From Macrostomum lignano (taxonomy: Eukaryota): a stretch of DNA of 64,000 nt. The notes beneath the pieces were generated by a model. It was not told the origin of the DNA and did no database searches. It saw only the letters and a list, made by a program, of their open reading frames with translations. The position numbers and the translations under genes are program-made. Position 1 is the stretch's first letter, and each line of letters begins with the position of its first letter. Shown here piece after piece: positions 46,265-56,602 of the stretch. Location of the stretch: NCBI GenBank assembly GCA_002269645.1, contig NIVC01000593.1, positions 181,454 through 245,453 on the forward strand, given 5' to 3'.

Positions 46265-49200
46265 TCACAAAACAGCCAACGAAGCTTTCAGCGGAAGCTG
46301 CTCCGATGCCTGCTGCTGCTGCTGCTGCTGTTGCAGCTGCTGTGCCGCATCAGAGAACAGGTAAACAACCATCAGACCATCCTGGCACAGTTGCACTACC
46401 CTCCGACAGCAGTTGATCTCCGTCTCGGTTGGGGCCTCGCGCGACTGTCGCAGAATCAACTCCCAGCCGGTGTTGCCAGCGAAGGTCTCCCAGAGTCCCT
46501 GGCCGTGGCACCACAGCAGCCGGTTGTACAGCTTCTCGAATAGACTGGCCAGATTGTCGGCCGCCGCGGCAACATCCGAGGCCGTCATGCGGAGCGCTTT
46601 GTCGAGCGCTATGCGCACATTTTGCCTGGCAATGTCGATCACTTTTCGGCGCTTGTCGGCGTCAAGGCTCAGGCGCCAGTAGCTGCTTACGTCGGCCTTT
46701 CTAGCGAGCCAGTTATCCTGCAGCTGGCGCAGCATCTGTTCGGCGGCGCGGTTCGACTTTCCAGGAAAGCGGATGCTCAACTCGTTAAGGAACTTCAGCG
46801 TTCGCTGAGCCAGCTGCTCGCGCTCGTTAGCCATCATCGACTCAGACGGATGTGGTTGCTTCTGCGCCGGGTCCTTCTGCTTTTCTTGACTTTTTCGCAG
46901 CGACTTTTTTTGTCCATCTTTCAAAGGAAGCCTTCCAGCAGCGGGCTTGCGACGACCTCCCGCCGCCTGGTCGTCGATCTCGGAGTCGGAGCCGCTGCTG
47001 CCCGCCTGACCATCGTCCATCAGCTGCTGGACCGTCTTGGAGCCGAGCTGGGCAAGCTTCTTGGCCACCTCATCCGTTTTGCTAGCGTTGAAGGTCTTGA
47101 CCTCGCGGTGAAGAGCTTCCATCTGACTACCTTCAAGCAGGGCCGAGATAGCGTCCAGCATTACGGACACCAGCTTCTCTTGCTTGGTGGCATCATCGAC
47201 TGGAAAGATGCAACGGAATCGCTGACAGATTCGCGTGTCGACATCCTTCATCCGGTCTTGTCGTTTCAGCCGCGCTAATAGCGCAGTGAGCTCCGTCACC
47301 TCCTTTTGCGCTGTCTTGGCTGGCACCTCCGGACTGTCGGCCGTCTGCTTAGCCGCTTTCCAATCGGCCGGGCTAAAATTTAGCAGCATCAGCGTCTCCT
47401 GCAGCAGTTGAAGCTTCACTTTCTCTTCTTCCGAGTTGTCGTAGTCGAAACTCGGCGATCGGTTGACCTCCATCAGCCAGGGTTTGAGGTCGGTGTCGAG
47501 CAGGATATCGAAGCCGAGCAGTTCAAAGCAGGCGGAGCCGCTCCCCGGACTCTCTGTCGGGCGGCACTGGCGGTAAGAACGGACAACGTGCGGGTAGGCG
47601 GCGAACACTGTCTTGATGATTAGATCAACGATTCTGCGCCACACCAAGGCCACGTCGTATTTGTTCTGCTGCAGATAGCTGTTGAGAAACATCAGAGGTC
47701 GCTTCATGCCACTAACCTTGGCGCCTCTGCGGCGGGAGGCGGCGCCATACGTATCAGTCGGTCGATTCTGCTTGTTTACTGAGCAATTAGTCAGGTGGAT
47801 GAAGTTCAGGTCTTCGTCAGCTTTGCATTTCTGTGGATCAACATAGGGCTCAGAGCTCATTCGAATGAAGCCATCGTTGAAGAGATAGATGCGCAGAGGA
47901 TCGCAAGAGGACACCAGAACGTACAGACGCAGATCGAACTTGACGTTCTCAATCAAGAAGGGGTTGGACACATACTCTTGCAGTACGCACTGGCTTTCAA
48001 CCGTCTGTGGAACCTCCTCAGCGGTCCTGTAGATTTTAATGCCTCTACCAGATGTGCCGTCAACCGGCTTGCAAATGTACGATGGCTTCACTTCAGACTT
48101 TTGCTCTTGCGTGTGCTGGCGGAAATTGGCGAGTTGATCTGGCAGACACCAGGTTCTAGGAGCAAACTTGTACTCGCTTGGATACCGCTGGTTAAGCTTG
48201 CCCATGTTCTTCGCAAGCAGATCTTTGCGGCAGATCTCGGCCATCCCAGGAAAATGGTTCACCCTCTGAAACGGTTTCAACTGGGTCAGGCGCTCCATCG
48301 AAATGAAGGTGTCATTCCAGATTAGAAATGGCGTTTTAAAGTCGTCTTTATTTGTCCTGACGAAGCCAATAAGCCTTGCCGCTGTTTCAACCAGTGCATA
48401 GTGAGTGCCAGCCAAATTAGCCGGGAGGGGCCGCTTCAGCTTGACAACGCGTAGCGAGTGTGTCTCGTAGCGGGAAAACTCGAATTCAGTCGGGCCCTTA
48501 GACGCCCGATTTTCCGAGTCTTTGTCTTTGTCAGACATTCTGAACGATGACTTAAAACCATACGATTTTTTCTCAGCGGTTCTAGGCGGCGAAAGGTCCC
48601 GAGTGGAATTAGGACCAGCTTTGGGACCAGATCTCAAGTAGCTGGGCTCCTTCTTATTGCTTTTGCTATCGCTAAGGACGCTACTTCGAGGAGATCGGCT
48701 GTCGTCCTTGGAGCTAGCTCTTGGTGATAGGCCTTTTTTCGTACTTTCTGGCTCCTGCTTGCGACCATCGAGACGCTTTGAAGCTGTTCCTGCCTTAGGC
48801 TGAGCCAAGTCAAGGCCTTTTGCACTGCGAGGGGAGAGCTCATCTCGAGAGCTCTTGCTAAAGGATCTAGATGGAGGGGACAGGCTTCTACCATCCTTGC
48901 CGGCAGGCTTGGTTCGCACCGGTGACTTAATAGGCTCTCGTTTAAACCCCTTTGTCCCGCTTGAACTCTCAGTCTCGGAATCAGAGGTTTCTACTCGTAG
49001 AGGCTTTTTCTTTTCTAAGGATGCTTGTTTAGGCGTTGTGACGGCTCTTTTGAATGTTCCAGACTTTGGCTGTTCCTTGTCGCCTTGAAATTTAGATTTT
49101 GGACCAGGTGTTTCATTGGACTGCAAGCCTTCTTTGCGCTGAAGACCGGGCCTGTATCCGGACTTTGGCCATGAACCAGCCTCCTCCCGTTTCTTTCGGT

Positions 49201-51037
49201 CGTCGTCTTTCAAATCATCCTGACGACGCGGTGAAAGACTGTCGCCAGTTCTATATGCCGGCATAGAAGTGCTCAGTGGAGGTGACATGTCTCGGGTAGC
49301 TAGATTTCTTGACCGCCGAAGGCTTAAGCCGTCTTCCCGTTTAGGCAGAGGCGATTCGTCGTCACTGCCTTTGTAGCGACTTTTTGAACTTAAAAGCAGG
49401 CCTGTCTGTCTCTGCGAAGTTGCCGAGTCTCTAGCATAGCTAGACCGCCTTGGAGACAGATTGTTCCCCAATGAAGATTGAAGAGGTGGCGATGAGGCTC
49501 CACTCCTCAAACCAGGAGCAGGTCGACGACGCGGATAATCTGACGCTTGCGGTTCGGAATCGTCCGTATCTTTATTTGTACTTCCTCGCCTTTTAAGGTC
49601 ATCTTTATCGTCTTTGATAGGTTTTCTACGAACCAGAGATTCATCTTGCCTAAATCTAGAAGGCGGCGATTCACTGCGATCATTCGGAGATTCCCTCTTA
49701 CGACGAAACGGCAGGTCTTCCATTTCGGTTTTGCTGTTGTTGTCGCGTCGACGGTTTAGCGGTTCGTCGCGAAAAGATGACTTCAGAGGTGGCGAGTCGG
49801 ATCTGAAATCTCGGTCCGTCCTTCGGCGAGAAGGTAACTCCTCGGAATCGCTGTTCTTACCAGACAAGTCTCTCCGACGATTGAATGGTAAAGAGCCACT
49901 TCGCTCGTCAGTATCGTTTCGTCGGCGCGGGGAGGATTCATTACGTGGCGACAATCTTGACGGCGGCGGTGACTGGTCCCGTCTACCGCTAGTTAAACTC
50001 AACCGAGGCTTGTCGCGAGCGGCAGATCTAGATGACGGAGAATCGTAGTCGTCTTCCATAATCTTTTTGCGTCGAGCTGGAATGCTGTCTTTGCTGCTCA
50101 GACTAGGGGATTCTTTCCATTTTTTGAGCGGCTCCTCAAAGCTTCCTTTTTGAGCGGTTGACCGAAGTGTTGGCGAGGCGCTGTCATCGCGGTTTTCCGG
50201 TTCGAGAGCTGCCCTGGGTGATCGGCGACGCATTGGGATATCTCTATCACGATCTGTTACTCCAATCTCCTTTCTGCGTCGAATCGAAGTTTCGTCACGA
50301 AGTGAAGACCTCGCTGGTGGCGAATCGTCGTCGCTAAGCTTGCTGTCAAGATTCCCTCCTCGAGTTAGGGACGAGCTTTTGTCAAGTAGGCTCGAACCCA
50401 GCCTACTACTTCGTGGTGGAATATCGAATTCACTTTTGTTAGTGTCGGCTTGCCTCCGGCTCGAAGACCAGTTGGGTTTGTCCCTTGTTCGACTCAGTCT
50501 AGCGTCGGAGTTTTCTGACGAAGAGTCATCCTTGACTCCCAGCCGCATGTTGTCCGTACTGTCGTAGTGTCGCGCTTGTTTGCCATCGCCCGCTGTCGGA
50601 CGGCTGAGCGAGCGGCTGCTGCTTGCGCCGTCGACGGATCGAGTTGGCAAATTTTGGGACGATTTCTGCTCAGCGTTGCGACTACGTCGAGCCAATGACG
50701 ATCCCGTAGGTCGCGGCGATCCGGGTCGCTTTTTGTCGGCGCTGTCTTCGATGGTGTTTTCATCGCGACGCAAGCCAGCTGAAGAAGCGGACGAACGCGG
50801 CTGATAGGACATAAAGCTGGCGTTCTTGTCGCGTTCCTCGTCGCTGTCGCTGACACGCAGACGGTTGCGACTGCCGCCCGGTGCGGGGTGCTTCCGCTCG
50901 CTGCTGGCAGTGGAATCGAAGGTGCGACTGTTTCCGGGTGACTTGGACGGCGTCTCGGAGATAGGATTGAGTGGACTCGTTGGCTTTCCTAGGTACAGAT
51001 TAGCCATTGAATCGTGTAGTCGAGCAAACCCGGCCAT
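46265..51037 (-). CDS. TTLL7: TTLL7-like tubulin polyglutamylase, 1590 aa, intronless
   Basis: QRVNHFPGMAEICRKD, KFDLRLYVLVSSCDPL, CFELLGFDILLD...PWLMEVNRSPSF and the TTLL7-type C-terminal IRFPGKS...SYW...LLWCHGQGLW...CCRRVVQLC. Confidence 0.93.
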   Translation of the reverse strand: MAGFARLHDSMANLYLGKPTSPLNPISETPSKSPGNSRTFDSTASSERKHPAPGGSRNRLRVSDSDEERDKNASFMSYQPRSSASSAGLRRDENTIEDSADKKRPGSPRPTGSSLARRSRNAEQKSSQNLPTRSVDGASSSRSLSRPTAGDGKQARHYDSTDNMRLGVKDDSSSENSDARLSRTRDKPNWSSSRRQADTNKSEFDIPPRSSRLGSSLLDKSSSLTRGGNLDSKLSDDDSPPARSSLRDETSIRRRKEIGVTDRDRDIPMRRRSPRAALEPENRDDSASPTLRSTAQKGSFEEPLKKWKESPSLSSKDSIPARRKKIMEDDYDSPSSRSAARDKPRLSLTSGRRDQSPPPSRLSPRNESSPRRRNDTDERSGSLPFNRRRDLSGKNSDSEELPSRRRTDRDFRSDSPPLKSSFRDEPLNRRRDNNSKTEMEDLPFRRKRESPNDRSESPPSRFRQDESLVRRKPIKDDKDDLKRRGSTNKDTDDSEPQASDYPRRRPAPGLRSGASSPPLQSSLGNNLSPRRSSYARDSATSQRQTGLLLSSKSRYKGSDDESPLPKREDGLSLRRSRNLATRDMSPPLSTSMPAYRTGDSLSPRRQDDLKDDDRKKREEAGSWPKSGYRPGLQRKEGLQSNETPGPKSKFQGDKEQPKSGTFKRAVTTPKQASLEKKKPLRVETSDSETESSSGTKGFKREPIKSPVRTKPAGKDGRSLSPPSRSFSKSSRDELSPRSAKGLDLAQPKAGTASKRLDGRKQEPESTKKGLSPRASSKDDSRSPRSSVLSDSKSNKKEPSYLRSGPKAGPNSTRDLSPPRTAEKKSYGFKSSFRMSDKDKDSENRASKGPTEFEFSRYETHSLRVVKLKRPLPANLAGTHYALVETAARLIGFVRTNKDDFKTPFLIWNDTFISMERLTQLKPFQRVNHFPGMAEICRKDLLAKNMGKLNQRYPSEYKFAPRTWCLPDQLANFRQHTQEQKSEVKPSYICKPVDGTSGRGIKIYRTAEEVPQTVESQCVLQEYVSNPFLIENVKFDLRLYVLVSSCDPLRIYLFNDGFIRMSSEPYVDPQKCKADEDLNFIHLTNCSVNKQNRPTDTYGAASRRRGAKVSGMKRPLMFLNSYLQQNKYDVALVWRRIVDLIIKTVFAAYPHVVRSYRQCRPTESPGSGSACFELLGFDILLDTDLKPWLMEVNRSPSFDYDNSEEEKVKLQLLQETLMLLNFSPADWKAAKQTADSPEVPAKTAQKEVTELTALLARLKRQDRMKDVDTRICQRFRCIFPVDDATKQEKLVSVMLDAISALLEGSQMEALHREVKTFNASKTDEVAKKLAQLGSKTVQQLMDDGQAGSSGSDSEIDDQAAGGRRKPAAGRLPLKDGQKKSLRKSQEKQKDPAQKQPHPSESMMANEREQLAQRTLKFLNELSIRFPGKSNRAAEQMLRQLQDNWLARKADVSSYWRLSLDADKRRKVIDIARQNVRIALDKALRMTASDVAAAADNLASLFEKLYNRLLWCHGQGLWETFAGNTGWELILRQSREAPTETEINCCRRVVQLCQDGLMVVYLFSDAAQQLQQQQQQQQASEQLPLKASLAVL

Positions 51038-51789
51038 GTTTTTGGTCTATTAGGGCAGGGAAACCCGCCAGTGGTTGCTAAGCAGGATTAAACTAATTGA
51101 TTTCACTTGAAAATCTTCTTTGCTTTTGCTAGAGCTAAACGCAAATTCCAGTGTTTTTCCTCTACTGCCTATATAAAATCCGACAGCTCTGCCTGCGCTT
51201 GCGTGCTTGGCGTGGCCGTCGCCCCTGGCAACACGCGCCCATACACAGCACCGCAGCGAGGCCAGTGCGCAGTTTGCGTAGAAAAACTTCTCTACCCCCT
51301 CGCTAGCAATGCGCAATTCTGCGACTCGCACACAGCCGTGTAATTTAAAATTGGCACACAATTCAGTGTACAGTGGACTGTGGGTACAGTGTGCAGAATT
51401 CTCGTAAAATCTACCAAATAAGACGTTTTTGAGTAGTGCTTTTTTCAAACTTATGCACCAAGGCATTTTCTTCAATTTCAAAAAAATGTTTACTCACCCC
51501 CGAGTACTCAGCCTGCTTGAAATTAACGAAAACGGAGGCTTGAAAATTTATACGAAGTATGCTAATCTATGTTAGGCCACATTTAGGGCTAAATATTGCG
51601 TCGCTGTATTGCTAAATATATTTTGACTGAAATAATAACACTGGCAGACCGATGGCCAGGACAATTATTCAGAAAAAGTGTACGCTCGATAGCTGGAAAA
51701 TGTTCATCAATCAGAGCCAACAAGCCATTGGTTAAAATAACTTTTTACTGAAATATGGCATGGGGGAGGCTAAAGACCACTCCGATGAG

Positions 51790-52172
51790 GATGGAGGGCG
51801 ACTCTTATGGGACTGGAGGGCGACTCTTATGGGGCTGGAGGGCGACTCTTATGAGACTGGAGGGCGACTCTTATGGGGCTGGAGGGCGACTCTTTTGGGA
51901 CTGGAGGGCGACTCTTATGGGGCTGGAGGGCGACTCTTATGGGGCTGGAGGGCGACTCTTTTGGGACTGGAGGGCGACTCTTATGGGGCTGGAGGGCGAC
52001 TCTTATGGGGCTGGAGGGCGACTCTTTTGGGACTGGAGGGCGACTCTTATGGGGCTGGAGGGCGACTCTTATGGGGCTGGAGGGCGACTCTTTTGGGACT
52101 GGAGGGCGACTCTTTTGGGACTGGAGGGCGACTCTTTTGGGACTGGAGGGCGACTCTTTTGGGACTGGAGGG
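51790..52172. repeat. 22-bp minisatellite (GGRCTGGAGGGCGACTCTTWTG)n
   Basis: About 17 copies between RIDA and TTLL7. Confidence 0.95.
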
Positions 52173-52234
52173 GCGATTATTTTTTTAAGGATTTGAATCC
52201 AAATGACGATTCCATTAAGGGTCAGATCGCAAAC

Positions 52235-52240
52235 TTTATT
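52235..52240 (-). promoter_or_regulatory. Polyadenylation signal AATAAA of RIDA
   Basis: About 60 nt after the RIDA stop. Confidence 0.55.
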
Positions 52241-52299
52241 GAAGGCTATGGAGGCGAGCTCTTCATGGTCTTTAGACTAATGATTGGGTTTTCGGACAG

Positions 52300-52749
52300 T
52301 CACAGCTTAGCCGAGGGCCTACTACTGCCGCTACTACTATCAGTAGCCACCTCGGCCACGACAATAATTTCAACGCGTGCCCCGGCGGGCAAGTTGGACA
52401 CCTGGTAACATTCCCTAGCCGGATAGGGCCGCTGAAAGAATTCAGCATAGACTGAATTGAAGCTCTGTGCGTCGCGAATGTCGGCTAGCAGGGCGGTGCA
52501 CTTTAACACGCTGTTGTAGTCGACGCCTGCGGCGGCCAGAACGGCGCCAACGTTGCGCAACGCCTGTCTAGCCTGGCTCTCGGTGTCCAGGCCGGCCAGC
52601 TGCCCGCTGTCGGGCAGTAAGCCGCACTGGCCCGACAGGAACAGCAGGCGGCTGTTCGGCGATGACGTCATCACAGCCTGACTTAGCGGATTTTTTACGA
52701 TTGGAGCATTTTTGGTCTCTATCACCGTTCTGCCGCTGTTGGCTGGCAT
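52300..52749 (-). CDS. RIDA: RidA/YjgF/UK114 family enamine/imine deaminase, 149 aa, intronless
   Basis: NAP...PLSQAV...LFLSGQCG...QARQALRNVGAVLAAAG...VLKCTALLADI...YAEFF...YPARECYQVSNLPAGARVEI; catalytic Arg (PAR) present. Confidence 0.93.
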   Translation of the reverse strand: MPANSGRTVIETKNAPIVKNPLSQAVMTSSPNSRLLFLSGQCGLLPDSGQLAGLDTESQARQALRNVGAVLAAAGVDYNSVLKCTALLADIRDAQSFNSVYAEFFQRPYPARECYQVSNLPAGARVEIIVVAEVATDSSSGSSRPSAKL

Positions 52750-52811
52750 GGCTGGAAGATGAAGATAGAGCCAACGGCAATCAAACACTGACATACTTGG
52801 AGTAATAGCTC

Positions 52812-53155
52812 AGACTGGATTCACACATTTCAGACTGAATTCACATATTTCAGCCCTAATACACACATTTCAGTCTTGATTCACACAATACAGACTGCAT
52901 TCACACATTTCAGGCTGGATTCACACATTTCAGTCTTAATTCACACTTTTCATACTGGATTCACACATTTCAGACTGGATTCACACATCTGACTGGATTC
53001 ACACATCTGACCGGATTCACACATTTCAGACTGGATTCACACATTTCAGACTGGATTCACACATCAGACTGGATTCACACATTTCAGATTGGATTCACAT
53101 ACAAATAACTCAAGACTGGATTCACACAAATTTAGATGTAACTCGGACTGCATTC
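52812..53155. repeat. 20-bp minisatellite (CAGACTGGATTCACACATTT)n
   Basis: About 17 copies just upstream of the RIDA start. Confidence 0.92.
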
Positions 53156-53942
53156 ACACAGAAAAGACTCCATCTAGATGTACTTGGTTCGATTCAATGT
53201 TCATAGATGTTTGCCGAGAGAAATAAATCATTATTAATAATGAAGAATGAAAACTTACTTAATAAACAAACTCGCAAAGTCAAATTTCACAAATTTCGAA
53301 ATTATGCTTCAATGGCACAGTGAATGAAAGCTTTCTTCTGAAATGCTTCTTCAGAGCTCATGCGGGTCAGAAGTTGCCGCGTGCATTTTATCAGTTATTA
53401 TCAGTCGGAGGGAGCGAATGTTGTACTTGTACATGCATATTAAATGTACACTATTTGGCTAGAGGCCGCAAACCCAAAAATGACATTTTCTTAAAATAAG
53501 ATTTTTCTACCACAACTACTAACCGTAGCATAGAAGTCATTTTAGCGCTATTTTTTTAATTGAAATAATTAGAGCCAGTCATAGAACGAAATTGCACTTC
53601 AATATTTGATAAACTCACACGCTTGTACAACAGTGAGATTTTGGCTTTTTAATTGTCGTCTATTAACTTTAGTTTAATAAAAAAGCGAGCAACTCACAGT
53701 AACAATATATACACAAGAGTACATACTAACACAGCATATGAAGTTAGCCAGAAAAATACAAATACACAAAGAAATTGTGCTCAGATTCAAAGGAAGAGTT
53801 GCAGGGGGTTAGCAGTGTGGTTATAAAGATACGAGTATTAAGGGTTTTCAAGTAACATTTAAAATAAAAAAATAACAACCATTGTCATAATGCAGTACCC
53901 ATACTTTTTTCGCTGCTATAGTAGTAGCTACGACAGATTGCC

Positions 53943-54672
53943 GTTGCTATGGTAACCATGATAATAAATTATATAATATCGAATATGAAATTCGATTGAA
54001 TACATGTATTTCGCATTCAATTAAAATCCATGCTAGAATAGCTGCTTAGATTAATTATTAGCAATTACTGGCAATATTGGTAGCCAAGACAACATCCCCG
54101 TTGCTATGGTAGCCAAGACAACATCCCCGTTGCTATGGTAGCCAAGACAACATCCCCGTTGCTATAGTAGCCAAGACAACATCCCCGTTGCTATGGTAGC
54201 CAAGACAACATCCCCGTTGCTATGGTAGCCAAGACAACATCCCCGTTGCTATGGTAGCCAAGACAACATCCCCGTTGCTATGGTAGCCAAGACAATATTT
54301 CCGTTGCTATGGTAGCCAAGGCAACATCCCCGTTGCTATGGTAGCCAAGACAATATTTCCGTTGCTATGGTAGCCAAGACAACATCCCCGTTGCTATGGT
54401 AGCTAAGACAACATCCCCGTTGCTATGGTAGATAAGTTAAAACTGTATCGCTATAGCAACTGAATCCGAAATAACACCCTGCTGCTATAGGAACCAAATC
54501 TAAAAATAACACCCGAGTTGCTATAGCAACCGAATCCAAAAATAACACCCTGCTGCTATAGCAACCAAATCCAAAAATAACACAAGAGTTGCTATAGCAA
54601 CCAAATCCAAAAATAACACCCGAGTTGCTATAGCAACCAAATCCAATATAACACTCCCGTTGCTATAGGAAC
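53943..54672. promoter_or_regulatory. Cluster of ~20 RFX X-box-like motifs carried by two tandem arrays
   Basis: GTTGCTATGGTAAC (53943), GTTGCTATAGCAAC (54517, 54588, 54624) and GTTGCTATAGGAAC (54659) fit GTHNYYATRRNAAC; 12 near-matches GTTGCTATRGTAG; function inferred. Confidence 0.5.
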
Positions 54673-54680
54673 CGAGGCTA
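54079..54680. repeat. Compound minisatellite: 12 x 29-bp unit, then ~7 x 35-36-bp unit
   Basis: GTAGCCAAGACAACATCCCCGTTGCTATG, then GTTGCTATAGCAACCAAATCCAAAAATAACACCCGA. Confidence 0.95.
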
Positions 54681-54738
54681 CTCAGAGCAAAAATAGCATT
54701 ATTGTTGGAATGCGATGATAAAATCTCCCCAGCAACTG

Positions 54739-55095
54739 TTACGCAGTGTCGTCATCATCCGCAGCCGCACTGTCTGGCCCCATGGCCAGCTGCTGCTGTT
54801 GAGCTCGCACAGTCTCGGCTGTGGATCTCAGATGCCTAACAACCTTAGCCAGCGCCTCCGGATTGACGCCAGCTTCAATCAGATGCGTGCAAATTCGCAG
54901 CTCCTCATAGTGCAGGCCGGTGTTAAGCAGGCGCGACATGTCAAACAGGGCCCGGTAGGCCGCCCCGCTGTTCTCGTTGCTTCGCGTGCCAGCCACCGCG
55001 TCAGAGCCTGACCCAGCCGAGGATGAGGTGGCAGCCCCGTCTGCTGTTCTGCCAGCTCGCCTAGCCAATGAGGATGAGTCCGCTTTGCCTGACAT
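54739..55095 (-). CDS. MZT1: MOZART1 (mitotic spindle organizing protein 1), 118 aa, intronless
   Basis: LFDMSRLLNTGLHYEELRICTHLIEAGVNPEALAKVVRHLR matches MZT1 LLEISRILNTGLD...[22 protein letters not shown]. Confidence 0.93.
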   Translation of the reverse strand: MSGKADSSSLARRAGRTADGAATSSSAGSGSDAVAGTRSNENSGAAYRALFDMSRLLNTGLHYEELRICTHLIEAGVNPEALAKVVRHLRSTAETVRAQQQQLAMGPDSAAADDDDTA

Positions 55096-55194
55096 TTATT
55101 ATGTTAATTTTGCGTTTCTCATGAAATAGAATACAAAATCTTGCTATACTGTTGAAATATTTTATAAATATGCTGGGGTGTCCTTGGTCGTCTT

Positions 55195-55409
55195 GACCAT
55201 ACATGCCCAACAGCCGGCCAATTCGTTTAGTAGTACTAATTAGATGACGAGGCTTTAAACTTAAATAAAACTGTCCTAGTTACTCCTGCCGTTTACCCCA
55301 AATTATGCTAATTTTTGCTTTAGGGTTTCCTTCATAGGTAAAGTCGCATTTTTGGTCAAAAAGAAAGTCGCACAGCCAGGTGAAATTTCAAAGCTGGGCA
55401 TGTATGGTC
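55195..55409. mobile_element. 215-bp MITE-like element
   Basis: Perfect 15-bp inverted repeat GACCATACATGCCCA/TGGGCATGTATGGTC; no TSD identified. Confidence 0.55.
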
Positions 55410-56602
55410 TGGACTTTCATTGCTATGGCTCTATAAAAACTTTTGATAAGTTCAATGTGAGAGCCAAATAACTGAGGTGGCAGATTCAAACCATGGTAAC
55501 TCATATTTGATGTTCACATCCTTAAGATGTTGCCTCACAATTAATAAAATATATGGGAGTTGTCTCAAATACGAAGCTCAACTAGGTCAAGTCTGTAACA
55601 AGTTCGGTTGTCGAATAGGTTTGGTAAGGAGGGGAGTGGTTGTCTAAGTTTTAATGCTCTATGGATCAATTGGTCAAATCTAAATAGCTAAGTGGGATTG
55701 GAGGACTATATATTCAGATCAATCATAGTGCTTAGGCAACGAATGAGCTAGGAGAGCTTCTTGCTTGGTTCTAACATTGGTTTTTACAGCATTTTCAGTC
55801 TTTCACATTGGGGAATAATTTCGATGGTACATATCCACTTTTTATTGGCTAAGGATGGGGTCATGTCTTTAGCTTTTGCTTGTTGAGGTGTATTAATTGG
55901 TTGGCAAAGCATTCAAATTGGATGGGACTGGGAGCTTTTAGAGCCAAAATGTAATCCCTTCACTGTGTTTTGTACTTTGTTGACTGACAAAACACCAGGT
56001 AGCTTATTGATTAAATATGTGAACTTCTAATGAGAATTTCAGTGTCAACCTAGTTGGATCCCACTGTTAGACAAGTAATAAGTGACATCCTGCTTTAGAA
56101 ATTTGAGAATGACAAGTTGATACTAGCTTGCTAAGCACTAGCTTCAACATCAGCAAGGCCTATGCCAATCTTATTTTTCTATACTCTTTCTACTTTTATT
56201 AAACAGAGACTAAAAGTTGATATTAAGATCCTAATTTTCTCTATTATCATAGAATTTCAATGGTTATAAATCTATTTATATACCAATTGCTAATATAATA
56301 TTGATATCAAGCTAAACTTGGATTAAGCTAAAATCAACTATTTAAATTAAATTATTGTCTAATATTTTAGTTTTGATAGCTAATGACATAGGCTAGAAAA
56401 ATGGTCCATGTGACTTTATTTAAAGCTTTTTCTTGCAAAGAGTCTCTTATACATTTGCCCCAAGTGAAAGTTGTAAGCCAGTTAGTCTATTATAAATTTT
56501 GTAGAGATTACACTTCTAGAAAGAACCAAAGAATTTTATTTATTGAGATTTTGAATTTAAATAGCATTTAGAATAGCAGTATAACTAAACTTTATGCTAC
56601 TA

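Noticed and set aside
46331-50856. Many plus-strand and off-frame ORFs over TTLL7 (also over TMUB, MKK4 and the orphan ORF)
   Set aside because: Shadow ORFs of GC-rich coding sequence
51755-52408. Gly-rich repeat ORFs on the plus strand
   Set aside because: 22-bp minisatellite plus antisense overlap with RIDA
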